A DNA stretch of 64,000 bases from Salpingoeca rosetta (Eukaryota > Protista > Choanoflagellata), in assembly GCA_033442325.1 (NCBI GenBank), contig JAWQFM010000020.1:222328-286327 (forward strand). Reading direction: 5' to 3'. Under the pieces are notes generated by a model. The model worked only from the letters and a program-made list of their open reading frames with translations, was not told the origin of the DNA and ran no database searches. This document shows, in pieces, positions 1-13,113 of the stretch. How positions within the stretch are numbered: the first letter of the stretch is position 1; every line of letters begins with the position of its first letter. Position numbers and translations under genes: made by a program.

Positions 1-3000
1 CACGTGAGCTAACCAGCAGAAGGAGGAAGCGCACGCCAACACACCCAGCAATTCAAACACATGAGGAGAAATGCAATGAGCAGGTCCACAAAACAAACAC
101 ACGTGCAGACACACACACACACACACACACACACAAATGTATGTACACACACAAATGCGAATGCACACGCACACGCGCGCACACACACACACACACACAT
201 GCGAACGCGCGCGTACCTCATGTGTAGCATGTTTGGTGTTGGTGCGTCGAGGAGGCGTGTGGCAGATGCGGTGATTGAAGGATTGATCCCGTCCGCTGCT
301 CTCTTGCTTCTTGGGTGCATTGCGTCTGATTCCAAGACAGAACAAAGACAATTGGCAACTCAATGAACGACCTGAATCTCATCAAGCTTCAAGACACAGA
401 GAAAGAGAGGAGAAGAGACGGAATGCAAACAGTTGGCCCCACGTCCATACGTGCGTGAGGGGACCAAGGAGGGTTCAACAGACACAAACCACGACAGCAA
501 CCTTGCACATGGAGAGGAAATCAAACAAAACAAGGAGCAGTGACAACAGCACATGAAAGAGGGATAAACACACCCTTCTCCCTCTTTTTCGTTTCTTCCC
601 TTTCATACAACGCCTTGTTGGCATGGCAGACTAAGGCTCAGGCTAAGTACTAGGCTACTCGAGAGAAGTCGGCATCACCCTATCACCCAAACAACTAAAT
701 AAAGAAAGGCCCCCGCAAGAGAAGACACCACCAAGCCACATAGAAGGGCTTGAGATGAACACCATGTCACCGGACCAATGAAGGCTGGTGTTGGACAGTC
801 ACATCGCATCAGCATCACATCACATCCTCTCACATCAACATCACATGCAACCACGAGAAAGGAACCAAGGAAGGGGAAGGAAGAAGAAGAAACAACACCT
901 TCAACCAAAGAATCCATGCATCAAAACAACAACGAAATTTTTGGTTGCGTGGCCCAGCAGCAAGGAGCAAGGCAAGAGCGGCAGCCTTCTCCTCGAGCTC
1001 GCTTTGCAGCAGAGCACAACGCAACGCAAAAGAAAACAAACCACCGCGCCCCCTCGCCCCTCCCCCTCGCCATCAGGCTGGGACAAGCTCAGAGACAGCA
1101 CAGAGACAGGACACACTTGCTTGCCTTGTCTCCTTGTCCTTTTCCTCTTCCTTCGCTTTGCGGCCTTGGAGTTCTTCTGTTCTTGGATCGCCCACCAGCC
1201 CACCCATCCATTCAGCCATCCGCGATAGGAGGTGCGAGTGGGTGCTGCTTGCAACAGGCTGTGAGTGGCGCTAGGGCGCTGTGCGCTTTGTAAGTCCGTC
1301 GCTCCCGGTGCTCGCCCCTCGTCACACCGTTGCTCCATAGCAAAGAAAGCTGTCGTACAGCAGAAGAAAGAGCAGAGAGCACAGCAACCTGCTTCATCCC
1401 CTTGTTCGTGTTGGGTGCTGAAGAAGCGTTCCACTTCGTTCACTGACGGGCTGCTGATGATGCCCTAGCTTGACGATGCCAGTACGTTGCTGTGTGGTCA
1501 GCTTTGAGTCTGCTCTGGTGGAGCTGTGTTCTGTTGTGTGCTTGCATGGGCAATCGCCTCCTCGTGCTCAACACCACATGGGGTGGTCCCCATCACCACA
1601 CACGACACAAAACCTTCGAGTGTTGTTGCTGAGTGTGCTGCTGCTCTGCTGCTGCTGCTGCTGCTGTAGCAACGTTGTGCCTGCACTGCTCTGATTGGTG
1701 TTGTTGCTGTTCCTCTCTGCGCCGGTTGGCGTATCGTTGCCCTGTCACTGTAGCAACAGGTGCGCTTGGCTGGCCACTTGTTGCGTTGCTGTGCTGCCGC
1801 AGGGTTGCTGCAGACTGCTGTGCTTGCTGTAGGCGAGGGCTGTGGTGGGGCGTATGGCAGGCCATATATAAGCATGCAAAGGAACCGCCGGCGGTTGCTC
1901 TTTCTTTCTCTTTCAGTCTTCTAGTCGATGTCTCTCCTCTCCCCCTCCCTCTTCTGTTGTCGCATCCATCGCCCTCTTGTCCCATTCAACCAGCGCGTGC
2001 GTCTCAGCTGTGTGCAGTGTCAACCGGAAGAGATGGTCTGGTCGCTTGGCACCAGAACAGAACACAAAGCTCTAAAGCTGAAGAAAAGGGATCAAACCCG
2101 AGGTTTTTCGTGTGCTGCGGAGCGGGCAGGTTCGCTCTGTAGCTGCTGGCTGGTTTTTTGTGTTTGGCTTGCGAGGGTGGCTTGCTTCTGTTGGGTGTTT
2201 GCATCATGTTCATGGTGGCTGCAGGGCTGTTGGGTGTTTGCATCATGTCACAACAACAAATTTTATGTCGAATCTGCTGCTCTCAAGCACAACAACAAAT
2301 TTTATGTCGGGACCAAACCTTCACCAAAAGCAAGCCCAAGTGTGCAAGCACAAGCAACCACGACACACGGACGAATGAGTGACGTGGGTGGCGTTGTTGA
2401 TGCTTTCACCAATATTCGCTTGTGCCTTCGCTCCAACGCGTCATGACCAAAGGTTAAACGCGGGGCATATTGGACATACACACACATTCCAGCCCTTCGC
2501 GTGTCGCTCGTGGCGGCGCTGCTGTGCGCTTTCTCGCTCTTTGTTTGCACGAATTTAGGCTTGTCTGTTGTGGTTTGGTTTGTCTCCAACACCACACAAC
2601 AAGCAAGGCGGCAGGCGACGGCACACCTGTACAGCGCTACAGCCAAAACACCTAAAGACGAAAAGCCCCACATGAATGTCTGCTGTTTTGTTGCGGCAAT
2701 GTTGGGTGGGCTTTCGTCCTGACGCCGCACTTCCCTTCCCTTCCCTTGCTGCTGTCCACTTTCTTCTGCATCAAGGTTGCGTCGCGCAACCCAGCCAGTT
2801 GCTTTGCCACCAACCCACCTATCTTAGTATCTTCTCCACCACAGCTGCACACCACAAGACAAGCCGTCCCACCTCCTCCTTGCGTCGCAGATCAAAATCA
2901 AACACAACACCGCACAACAAACACCGCACAACAAAGACAGCAGCAGCGCATCCTCACTGCATTCCAACAGTGATGGTGCTCGACACTAGCCATTTTCTCC

Positions 3001-3265
3001 AGTCCCTCAACTTCAAAGTGCTCAAGTGCGTGCCACTTGCTACTCTGCCGCACGCACTACCCGTCGTCATCGCATTCTCAAGAGCATACGTCCAGAGACA
3101 GAGGAGACGCCAAGCTGTGAAAGCCGTCCAACCCACTCACCACACCGGCACCGATCCAGGACCACACCGAGAGCACGAGGAGTGGCGAACAACCCGGAAG
3201 AACGCGCCTCGCGCATTCCTTAGTCCACAAACGGACAAACAAACAACCGCTGTACCAGCAGCACC

Positions 3266-4630
3266 ATGGACACCCCAACACCAACATCGGAGGGCGTCGC
3301 CACCTACCACACATACCTGGATGGCCTCGTCCAGCAAGCAGGCACCCTTACCAAGCCCACCTGCTGCCGCACAAGCCGCTCCGCAGCAGACCTCGACCTC
3401 AGCGCCGTTCCTTTTGCGCCAAGCATGTGCAGCGGTGACAGCGGCAGCGGCGGCTACTCGCAGCTGTATGCAGAGTACTCCCCATCCCCTTGCCTGCATG
3501 CAACGGCAAGCAAATCCGCAACATCCCCCACACCAACAACATCCGCCTTCTCCACGCTCAACACCAATTCCACCATGATGGCAGCCTTGGACAGCGGCTT
3601 TGGCATCATCGACGACACCAAGAAGGACACGTCGATGACACCATCATCCCCGCCATCATCCTCATCATCATCGGTGTCTTTATTCCACGCATCCAAGTCC
3701 TCCAACAGCATTGCTACTTCCCAACAGCAGCACCAGCAGCAGGCAGCACCGTTCTTCGACTTTGACACTGCACTGGCAAGCCCCCGCCTCCGCTTCGAAA
3801 GCACAAGCGACAACATCTTCCACTTTGATGATGATGTTTTCCCCACAACAACAGCAGCAACAGCGACGGCAGATGGCGGTGCCATCAACGTCGGCGCCAC
3901 TGATTGCTCGCAGGGCCAGGGCAATGACGGTGCCTTCCTGCCTGCGTTCACATTGAATAGCGACGTCCCGGTCGAGCAGCTGCTGAGCCATGCAGACATG
4001 AACATGCTTGACGCAGCCCTGGAGTCCTTCCTCTCCCCCACCTCCACCTCCTCGCCTACGGAAGAGCGACAGGCGTCGGCGGCATCGTCGGCGTCAGCAC
4101 TGTCTGCCGCGTCGTTCTCATCCAGCAGCAGCGACGCTGAAGATCCCATCCCTCTACAGTCCACATCGCACACAACCACAACCTCTTCCTTCTCCTCCTG
4201 CCCCTTATCCTTGCCGTCATCACAAGCGCAACATCGCACGTTCATGCAGGCACAACCCAGCAGCAGCACCAACAGCAGCAGCAACAGCAGCGTGCGCGCC
4301 AAGGGCACAGCAAGCACGACGATGCGCGGGCGCAGTGCCATCAACAAGCGGTGTGTGCTTGAGAACGGCGAGATTGACCACGAGAAGCTTGAGCGCACGC
4401 GAGAGATTGCGCGCCGCAGCTACTGGCGCCGCCGCAACCGGGAGCTCACCGGCCGCCGGACGGTGCGCCAGCGCCTGACGCTGCTGAACAAGACCAAGGA
4501 CCTGCTTGTGCAGAAGCGTCAGCGGCTGTTGAAGGAGCGGCAAGCACTGCTGGACCACGTGCGGCAGCACCTCCACACCCTCCACCCAATCGGCACCATC
4601 GACCAGCACCCGTCGCCACTCTTCTTCTAA
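3266..4630 (+). CDS. Intronless bZIP-like transcription factor (acidic/Ser-rich N-terminus, C-terminal basic region and leucine zipper)
   Basis: 454-aa ORF with a good start context (gcaccATGG). It ends in EKLERTREIARRSYWRRRNRE followed by Leu-rich heptads (VRQRLTLLNKTKDLLVQKRQRLLKERQALLDHVRQHL). Confidence 0.75.
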   Translation: MDTPTPTSEGVATYHTYLDGLVQQAGTLTKPTCCRTSRSAADLDLSAVPFAPSMCSGDSGSGGYSQLYAEYSPSPCLHATASKSATSPTPTTSAFSTLNTNSTMMAALDSGFGIIDDTKKDTSMTPSSPPSSSSSSVSLFHASKSSNSIATSQQQHQQQAAPFFDFDTALASPRLRFESTSDNIFHFDDDVFPTTTAATATADGGAINVGATDCSQGQGNDGAFLPAFTLNSDVPVEQLLSHADMNMLDAALESFLSPTSTSSPTEERQASAASSASALSAASFSSSSSDAEDPIPLQSTSHTTTTSSFSSCPLSLPSSQAQHRTFMQAQPSSSTNSSSNSSVRAKGTASTTMRGRSAINKRCVLENGEIDHEKLERTREIARRSYWRRRNRELTGRRTVRQRLTLLNKTKDLLVQKRQRLLKERQALLDHVRQHLHTLHPIGTIDQHPSPLFF

Positions 4631-5549
4631 GTTGCACGTGTGATGGACGTGTGGTGTTGGTATGTTGTCTTCTCGCCCCCGTCGGAGGACACTTGTTACT
4701 GGGTGAAGCGATCCCTGTTGTTGTTTCGACTGCGCATCTGCGTTCACGGCATGCTGAAGTAGTGAAGTGATCCACGCCTGCTTGTTTTGAGTGACATGGT
4801 TAACTTCTATGTATCTTCACTGACCATCATCATCATCATGACTTGTGGCTTGTGTACATTGTCACTTTGTTGCTTGCTTCTCTTGTGTATTGCCTTGTTG
4901 TGGAGCAGTCTTGCCTTTGGCGAACGAACGTTCTTACGTTGCCGCATTGGGTGTGTACTGTTTTGTACTGTCCCTTGCGCCATGCTGCATGACAGGTCGT
5001 TCGCACCTTTCTATCTCTTTTATCACTGATGCCATTGTTACAGCACTTGTCTGTGCATGCTTTCCTTAACCTGGTCATTCGGTCCTTATTCTGCCTCTTT
5101 ATTTCACTTATTCTGTTGGCCACTCGATGTGGCGACGTTACACGACCCAAAACACAATACGCGCGTAATCGTTGCCAACGAATTTTGTTCGACACAACGT
5201 GAGTTAGGGGCGTATGAGGAGTCACGCGCAAGTCACGCGCAAGTCCACGGAATGATGTTTTGTTCGTATGACAAGAAGTCGCGCCAACACCATTGGGTCA
5301 GGGCCGCCGCTATGTTCATAACTCACACAACTGATGTGATGATAAGCATTTTTGTTTTTCGTCAGCTGAACGTTCTCTGGTGGGCGCAGAGTGCTCAGGT
5401 TCAGTCACATCACGCCGCGACGCAACTGAGTCACTGCTTCCTTGCGCAGCTCACCGTCAATTTGTTCATGTGTGGATTGTCACCCTTTATTCGCTGCGGG
5501 CTTCAGGGACACAGGACTCTCGCCACGGCTGCTGTTGTTCAGTGTCATG

Positions 5550-8500
5550 CTATGCTCCAGCAACGCACTGCATATCAGCTGGCACAGAAGCGAGGGCAGG
5601 GTGTGCACGTTTGGATTTGCCTGGGTCCCTCTTTCCGAGTCGCGTCTCACTTGAAGTTGCATTACAAAGAACAAGAACAACAAGACGAACCCCCCCCCCC
5701 CCCGAGAAGAAAACAACCGCATGCTTATCTGTCTGTGGTTCAGTACCCACAACCCCTGAGAAAGAAAAAAGGAACTAGAGAGAAGCAGCAATCACGTACA
5801 CGGGGAAAACAGGGGCACACCACGTGAATATACCAACACCAACGGACGGTTCGTGATGGTTCAGACCCAAGATACTTGAGGCCTGGAGTGTTGCGGCATG
5901 ACGAGATATCGGTCCTGGTGGTGTACAGTCGTTGGCGGCGCACAATCAGTGAGACGGTTGTGTGTGTGTGCGCATCAAATATAAGCAGATCAGGCCCAGA
6001 TGCTCATGCATGGCATGCAGCGAGTCTCACCCTGAGTCTCCGCGGTGAGCTGACGGATATCGTGGTCTCGTCTTGCCTGTGGTTATGAGCAAAGCAACAC
6101 AGGAAAGCATCGCATCATTGTCAGCCCAGGAACCGCACAAAGTTGCACGCTTGAAGGGAATGCAAGCAAAACAAGCGGATGGCGAGAAACTCAACCCACA
6201 CGAGCACACGCGTAAGTGAACTGACGATCGGAGACGGCGGAGCGTGAGGGCATCGGATGTCTTGTGCATTGCGTTGAGAATGTCGAAGTAAGTGGCGACG
6301 CGCTGCAATTCAAACTCGAGATATTCCTGCTTTGTTTCCCATTGCTGTTCACAGAAGAAAGGGGCGGGGCGGATCAGCAAAACCACGAGCCAACATATGA
6401 TACATTTGCATGCAAACAACCAAACCACGTGATGGGTGCACTCACTCTTCCACACAATTCAGACCCCAATCTGCACACCTGCCAAGATCGTTTGCCTTGT
6501 GATTTGGCAGCGCGTTCCTCGGATTGGTGGACACTGTGGACAAGACATTGCGCAGTGAGAAGAGGGCGAAGATGGCGGTGGCCACAACCTGCCTCGAACC
6601 CAGGCCCAAACACAATTCATGTGGAGGCAACAGGCGCCCCAAACAGCAAAGTCGTACGGCAGATGTTCACGGCCCTTGTCCTCGCACCTGAGCTGATCGC
6701 GGAGTTGCCGGAGTTGCGCACGGTAGCGCGCGACTTGTTCTTCGAGCGTCTCCGATGACCTCGACATTGGCAGAACCGGTCGCTGTTGGCGGCGGAGGAA
6801 ATTAAAGGGGCAGGCGATGCAAGGAATGTGATGGAAGGGCACAAGGGACAAGAGAGGGACACCCAAAACTGATGAACACCCAGACGCAAGCACTGGCAAA
6901 GACAAACACACAGACAAAGGAAAGGAGCAGAAAGAAAACGATCAAACTCTCGTGTGCAGCAACACCGCCACAGACAGACAGACAGACGGAGCCATACATG
7001 CTCACCTGGAACCCACGCTGTGATGTTGCCGGTGCCGGCAGTGGCGGAGCCGAGGAAGTAGCGGCAATGGTGTTGATGCGCGTAATCCAGTTGTCCATGC
7101 TGCCACTTGTCCTACACACGGAGAGCGAGAGCAAGAGCAAGCACAACAAGAGCAAGACCAACAACGACAAATACAACAAGAACGCCCACACCAAGGGGAG
7201 CTGATGAGCAGCAATCAAACTCTTTTCAACCCTTGCTGCCTTTGTTGAGCATTGGTGTGTTGCGGTGTTTCATCGAGTTCAGGACACGGCGTTGGTTGAA
7301 ACGCACGGAACGGTGAAGAGCATGCGCCGGCCCGTCGCTGTCGTCAATTCGAACACGTGGTCACGCTTGGTGTACTCCAGCGCCCGCCTGTACGCCCAAG
7401 GTTGGTGATGCTGCGCGTGAATGCACCAAGGTATGCGGGCGTGTTCATGTGGCAAAGCACAAGACAGCAGGGGAACACGAAACCGCAGGTGGTCTTACCT
7501 GCAGAACGCGTGGTACAACAGCACAACATCATAGACATTGTGCCCGTAGTCTTGAATGGATCGCGGCTGCAGACGCGTCAAGGGAAAAACAAAACCACGG
7601 ACACAACGCCGGCGAACATGCGAGCGAGCGACCGAGAGAGTGTGTGTATGTGTGTGAACATGCAGTGGAAAGTGAAGCGATGGCAGATCGAAACACACTT
7701 AGCAGTGAGAGAACAAGCATGTGTGTCATGAGTCGCGCAGTTGCATGAGTGTGCATGTGTTCATGATCTGTATGAACCTGGAAGGATGACTTGTGGAAGA
7801 TCAAGTACCGCCCACAGATGGCAGCATGCAGCGTCCTCCAGGCGCGGTGGCGAAAGGAGGTCCGTGCTTGAAAGGCATCAAAGGTGTCTTTCCTGCCATG
7901 GTGTAATGCGTTGGTATGAGGACGTGTGTGAGTGCGTGAGTGAGTGAGTGAGTGCGTGAGTGAGTGAGTGCATGTGCGTGAGTGCGTGTGTGTGTGTGAG
8001 TGAGTGAGTGAGTGAGTGAGTGAGTGAGTGAGAGAGTGTGTGTGCGTGTGTGAGCGCAGAAGCGATGGCAATTGTTTCCTACTGTTGGATGATTTCTTCG
8101 AGCGTCGGAGGCTCGATGGGTTCGCCAAGAAAGAATGCATCGAGGACACGCGAAGGCCGTCCCCGCAGCTGTGCCGTCGTCGGGTAGCGGCGGCGGATGA
8201 GAGGAGGGCGCGGGTAGGGTAAATGAGTATGCCATTGGCGAGACTGGCACGCGCAGATGTACCATTGCAGAGCGATTGGAGGTGTGTGGAAGCATATGAT
8301 ACACATGTATCACTTACAACGGAGAAGGAAGGTCTGCCTGCGTTGTCCTGTTGAGCGCCATGTGATGCGGCTGTCTTGTCGTGTGTCGCCACAGGCACCA
8401 GCTGCTCAGCCTTGATGCTGTTGTAAATGTCCTGACACGCAATCAGCACCACAATTATCGAGCAATGAGTTTGTGTGTGTGTGTGTGCGCGCGTGTGTGT

Positions 8501-9761
8501 GAGTGTGTGCGAGTGGGTGAGTGCGTGGGTGAGTGAGTGAGTGAGTGTGTGTGAGTGAGTGTGTGAGTGCGTGGGTGAGTGAGTGAGTGTGTGAGTGCGT
8601 GGGTGAGTGAGTGAGTGTGTGTGTGTGTGTGTGAGTGAGTGAGTGAGTGTGTGTGTGTGTGTGGATATGTGTGTGTGTGTGTGGATGTGTGTGTGTCAAA
8701 ACATACTTGGAGAAGTTGGCGGGGAAAGTCCGCGCCGTCATTCAGGGCAGCCAGGTTGTAGATGAACTGATCTTGACGCATGCGACGGGTATTGTTCTGG
8801 AAGATGCAACAAGCATACACCAAGTGCTCGTGAGGTTGCAGTGGCGTCGAGCAAGATGGGGCGCCGTCCAGTCACGTACCACGGTGCGAGTCGCCGGGCG
8901 AGAGGGAGGGAGGGAGAGAGAGAGAGAGAGAGCAACAGTCACTCTGTGCACCACAAACACGCCCCCCCACACACACGCACACTCTCTCTTTCCCTCCCTC
9001 ACACCCGCGCACATGTTCTCTCTCTCTCTCTCGCACTCCATGTCTCATTGTTGCTTACTGGCGTGTGCAAGTCTGTGTTGAGGAGGAGGATGGCCATGGC
9101 CAGGGCGTGGATGGCATCCACACTGTATTCTGTTGGGTTTTGCTCACAGTACCGCTCTGCAAAGCCTGTCGGATAATCATGGAGAGAGGTGCCGTTAGCT
9201 CAGCAACAAGCAAGTAGCACGTTGACGGGTCACTGGCAGTGATGACGCCGATAAAGGTGGTTGCGTGACAACATCAAATTGTGTCACCTCCGCATGCACA
9301 TGCGTGATGATCCTCGCGTAGACGCATGTGGGACACGGACTTACTGTACATGATGCGGTCGATCTCCTGTGCCTCTGCGTTGAGGGCAAAGTGAGACAGG
9401 AAGCGCCTGATCGCCGACACAATGTCCTGTGCCTTGAAATCAAACAGCTGCAGGTAGTACATGCATACCAAGCGTTCATACTTGGACCTGGTGTTGTGCG
9501 TGTGTGAGTGAGTGTGTGAGTGTATGTGCGTGAGAGAGTGAGTGAGTGTGTGAGAGGGTGGCGTGGGAATAGACATGCGTTTGTGGTGCAACAGGCGCAC
9601 AACGGAATGAGCACGATCCTTCCTCCACGAACGTACTCGGCTCCGATGACGCGCGCAATTTCGTCCTTGTTGATACCCCTGCCCTCATACATGCTGTGTG
9701 CTGTCTCTCGTGCGCGTCTGCGCTCCTCTGGGCTCACCCCAGCCTCTTGCCGTCGACTCAT
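5550..9761 (-). CDS. PSD: PSD/EFA6-family Arf guanine nucleotide exchange factor (Sec7, PH, C-terminal coiled coil), multi-exon; both ends approximate
   Basis: Sec7 exons: FDFKAQDIVSAIRRFLSHFALNAEAQEIDRIM (Glu finger), FAERYCEQNP..AIHALAMAILLLNTDLH, QFIYNLAALNDGADFPRQLLQ/DIYNSIKAE. PH exons: RAWRTLHAAICGRYLIFHK, RALEYTKRDHVFELTTA, WITRINTIAATSSAPPLPA. EFA6-type tail: RPVLP..EEQV..KQEYLEFELQRVATY. Exons below about 6200 are tentative. Confidence 0.85.
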
Positions 9762-9782
9762 AGTCGTCGTCACAAGGCGAAG

Positions 9783-9853
<71 letters not shown>

Positions 9854-10154
9854 GTCGTTGGCAGTGCACCAGCACAACAGCACATTCCAACAACAACAAC
9901 GAACGGATATGGGCAATGTTCATTTTATGGTGTCGGGTGTGGGGAAGCCAGAATGATGATGAACTGAACGGACGGACGGACGACGGTGGCAGCTCTCACG
10001 CGTCTCTCATGTTGACACGACGTCACATGTCACAACACAACACACTCGCTGCAACACCATGCACAGGCGCAACAGCAACAGCAACTCGCAGCATGCACAA
10101 CAACCAACGCAAGCACGAACAACGAACAAAGAGGCAACTCGCAAGGGCACATCA

Positions 10155-10652
10155 TTATGATGCGGTCTTGGCAGAGCCGGGCGTGTGGGAATCAAGGCGT
10201 TGGAGCAAGGTCTCCGAGTACCCTGAGCAGGAATGACAGCAGAAGGGCAAGGCGAACATGTGGAGGGATGCTTTGAGTGTGGTGCTCAGACAGCAGTGGA
10301 GCGCACAGGCTGTACAGAGAGAGCACACAACTGTCTCCACACGGAGGACGACGAAAAATGCAAAACCACAAACACACAGACACACACACAGACACACACA
10401 CAGACACACACACAGACACACACACATGCACACGCCTACCTGGGCTGTAATATCGAACAATCTCCTCTGGGAAGCACTCATTGATGGTCAGGATTGCCTC
10501 GCTCAGGTCAGAGCCTTCCTCCGCTTGAATCTCTTGAATCTGACATGGGTGTAGTGGGCACGTGAGTATGGGAAAAGGAAGTGGGCATGCTACAGTGTAG
10601 CACGCACACAATTGAGAAGCACAAAGGCAAACACACACACGCACACACGCAA

Positions 10653-10711
<59 letters not shown>

Positions 10712-12360
10712 CACACGCACACGCACACATGCAAAACCCCTCTCGTCGCCCCCTGCCGTCCTCAATTGTCTCTCATACGCATGCACAGCGTAAGCGCCAC
10801 AACACCTTCTTGAGGCCGCCAGAGGTGACAAATTGCTTGCGCGCCTTTGCATCAGAGGGCAGGATCTTGGCAAACTGCGCCACAACATTCTCCAGCACGC
10901 TCGGCGGTGCATCCGCAAGCAGTGCTGGTGTTCGCGCGCAATGAAGGCGCCAAAGACGAGGGGCAAGCGTGGTTGTGAGAAGAGCAGAGGGAGAGTATGT
11001 CACACGTGCGACAGTCGGACACGGATGCATCAGACACACACGCACGCGCACATGCATCAAACACACCACACCACACACACACACATACACACACACACAC
11101 CACATCACACACACAACACAACACATCACACACACACAACACAACACATCACACACACAACACAACACATCACATGGATACACAACATACACACACGCCA
11201 ACATAGTTTGTGGTGTGGTACCTTGCAGGGCGGGCATGTGGGTGCACTTCTGGAGAATGTTCTTGAGCGCACGCGATGCCTTTGCTCGAAGATCATCAGA
11301 CGCGGCTGGATCCATCGTGCATGCAAGCAAATCAGGCAGCACGTTTGCCTCTGCAACGTGGCGGGCGTGCTCGGGGGTGTGCCTGCCAATCTGGCCCAGG
11401 CTCCACGCTGCTGCTGCGCGGATGTGCGATTCCGCCTCTGTGTGCAGGGCGTGGGCGAGCGCGGGCACCCCGTGCGAGACAACCACGGACATGGCAAGCC
11501 GCTCAGAGAACGCAGAAATGTACCCTGGCAGTGTGCGTGGGTGTTGTAGTTTGTGTTGTGTTGTTTTGGTGTGCATGTGCGTGGATGTGAGAGCTGTGAG
11601 CTCCAAACAATCAGCATAGCATTGAGCGCAAACACAAACACGGCGAGACACCACTGCCAACGCCCTCTACCATCCCCGCCTCCACCCCTCCCCGCCTCCC
11701 TCCCTTCTCCAAACCACCGTGCATGCACCCACCGAGGGCCATGATGCCTGGCATTGCGCCGCTGCCGGCCGAGTCGTTGACGTAGTCCACGAGGGCAATG
11801 ACACCGCCAGAGTTGACAATGAGCTGCGCAAGCTCCGACGAGTGCTTGGCGACCTCCCTGATCAGCATGGCCACGTTCTTGCGCACATACTCGTCGGGAT
11901 CTGGGTAGATGGTGTGTGTGTGTGTGTTTGTGTGTTGTGCGAGAACAAGGTGTGAGATGGCGTAAGGACACGAGGGAGGGAGGGAGGGCCACCGCAGGTT
12001 AGGTCTCAACGTGTGGCACACGCTGACACCTGCATCGACAAACAGACGGACACTCACACGCACGCGCGCAGATACAGACAAACACAAAAACAAAACACAA
12101 AACACGTACACGCACACATACTGTGTCTCCAAACATGAAGCCATGTGCGGACCTTTGAGGGAGGGGAGGACGGCAGGGAAGATGTAGGCCTCGACCACGA
12201 GCTCAGCAAGGTCAACCGTGTGCTTGGCAATCTGCAAAACAGGCGAGTGTAGTTGGGATGCGTGGTACGATGTGGGACAGTGCGATTTGAGCGTATGTCA
12301 CCACAAACCAATGCGCACACAAGGGCAATGCAACACACACACACACACACATGTGCACGC

Positions 12361-12428
<68 letters not shown>

Positions 12429-12469
12429 AAACACATCACAGACCAAACACATGCGGACACCCAACACAT

Positions 12470-12507
<38 letters not shown>

Positions 12508-13080
12508 CACATCACAGACCTGGCTGAGGGCGGAGAAGACCTGGCGCTTGAGCTTTGCGTCCTGCACCTCGAGGAGTTGGCTCAGATAGGCAATCGCGCC
12601 GCCGTCAACAACCGTCTGCGCAAGCTCGGGCGTGTGCTTGGCAATGTCCGACAGCGCAGAGGCAGATATCCGCTTCAGCGTCATCTCGGGCTCCTGCGGG
12701 AGGTGGGGGTGGGGGAAAGGGGGGAAAGTGATAGTTGGTGGTCGACGTGGTAATGGGTGGTTGTGGGTTGGTGCGGGGACGTATGTGAGGGATTGTTAGA
12801 GCCATGCAAGAATGGCAGATAGTGGCGCAACACATCAATGTCAAACTGCACATGCACATGTGTCCATGTTCTCTCTCCACAAACCTGGATGCAGAGGATA
12901 AGCAGCGGCACGGCACCAGCATCCACAACTGCCTGTGCAAGCTCTGTGCAAACACACACACACACACACACACAGCGGAGCAGAGAAGTTGAAGGGGAAC
13001 ACGAAGGTGAGTTCAAGGAGAAGGGTGTGTGTGTGTGTGAGGGGTGAAGCGAGAAATACAGGGAGCAACAAAGCCACACA

Positions 13081-13113
<33 letters not shown>

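Noticed and set aside
1-1900. Possible minus-strand exons (e.g. 217-335 ending at a GTACGC donor before a TG tract; ORFs around 900-1900)
   Set aside because: Could be the 5' part of a gene leaving the window, but there is no recognisable homology or consistent exon chain.
2187-2310. Repeat-spacer-repeat pattern as a CRISPR array
   Set aside because: Only two copies of each of two different repeats, 17-bp spacers, a eukaryotic context and no cas genes.
3454-4398. Long antisense ORFs opposite the bZIP, epsin and CDC23 exons
   Set aside because: Expected shadows of GC-rich, low-complexity coding sequence.
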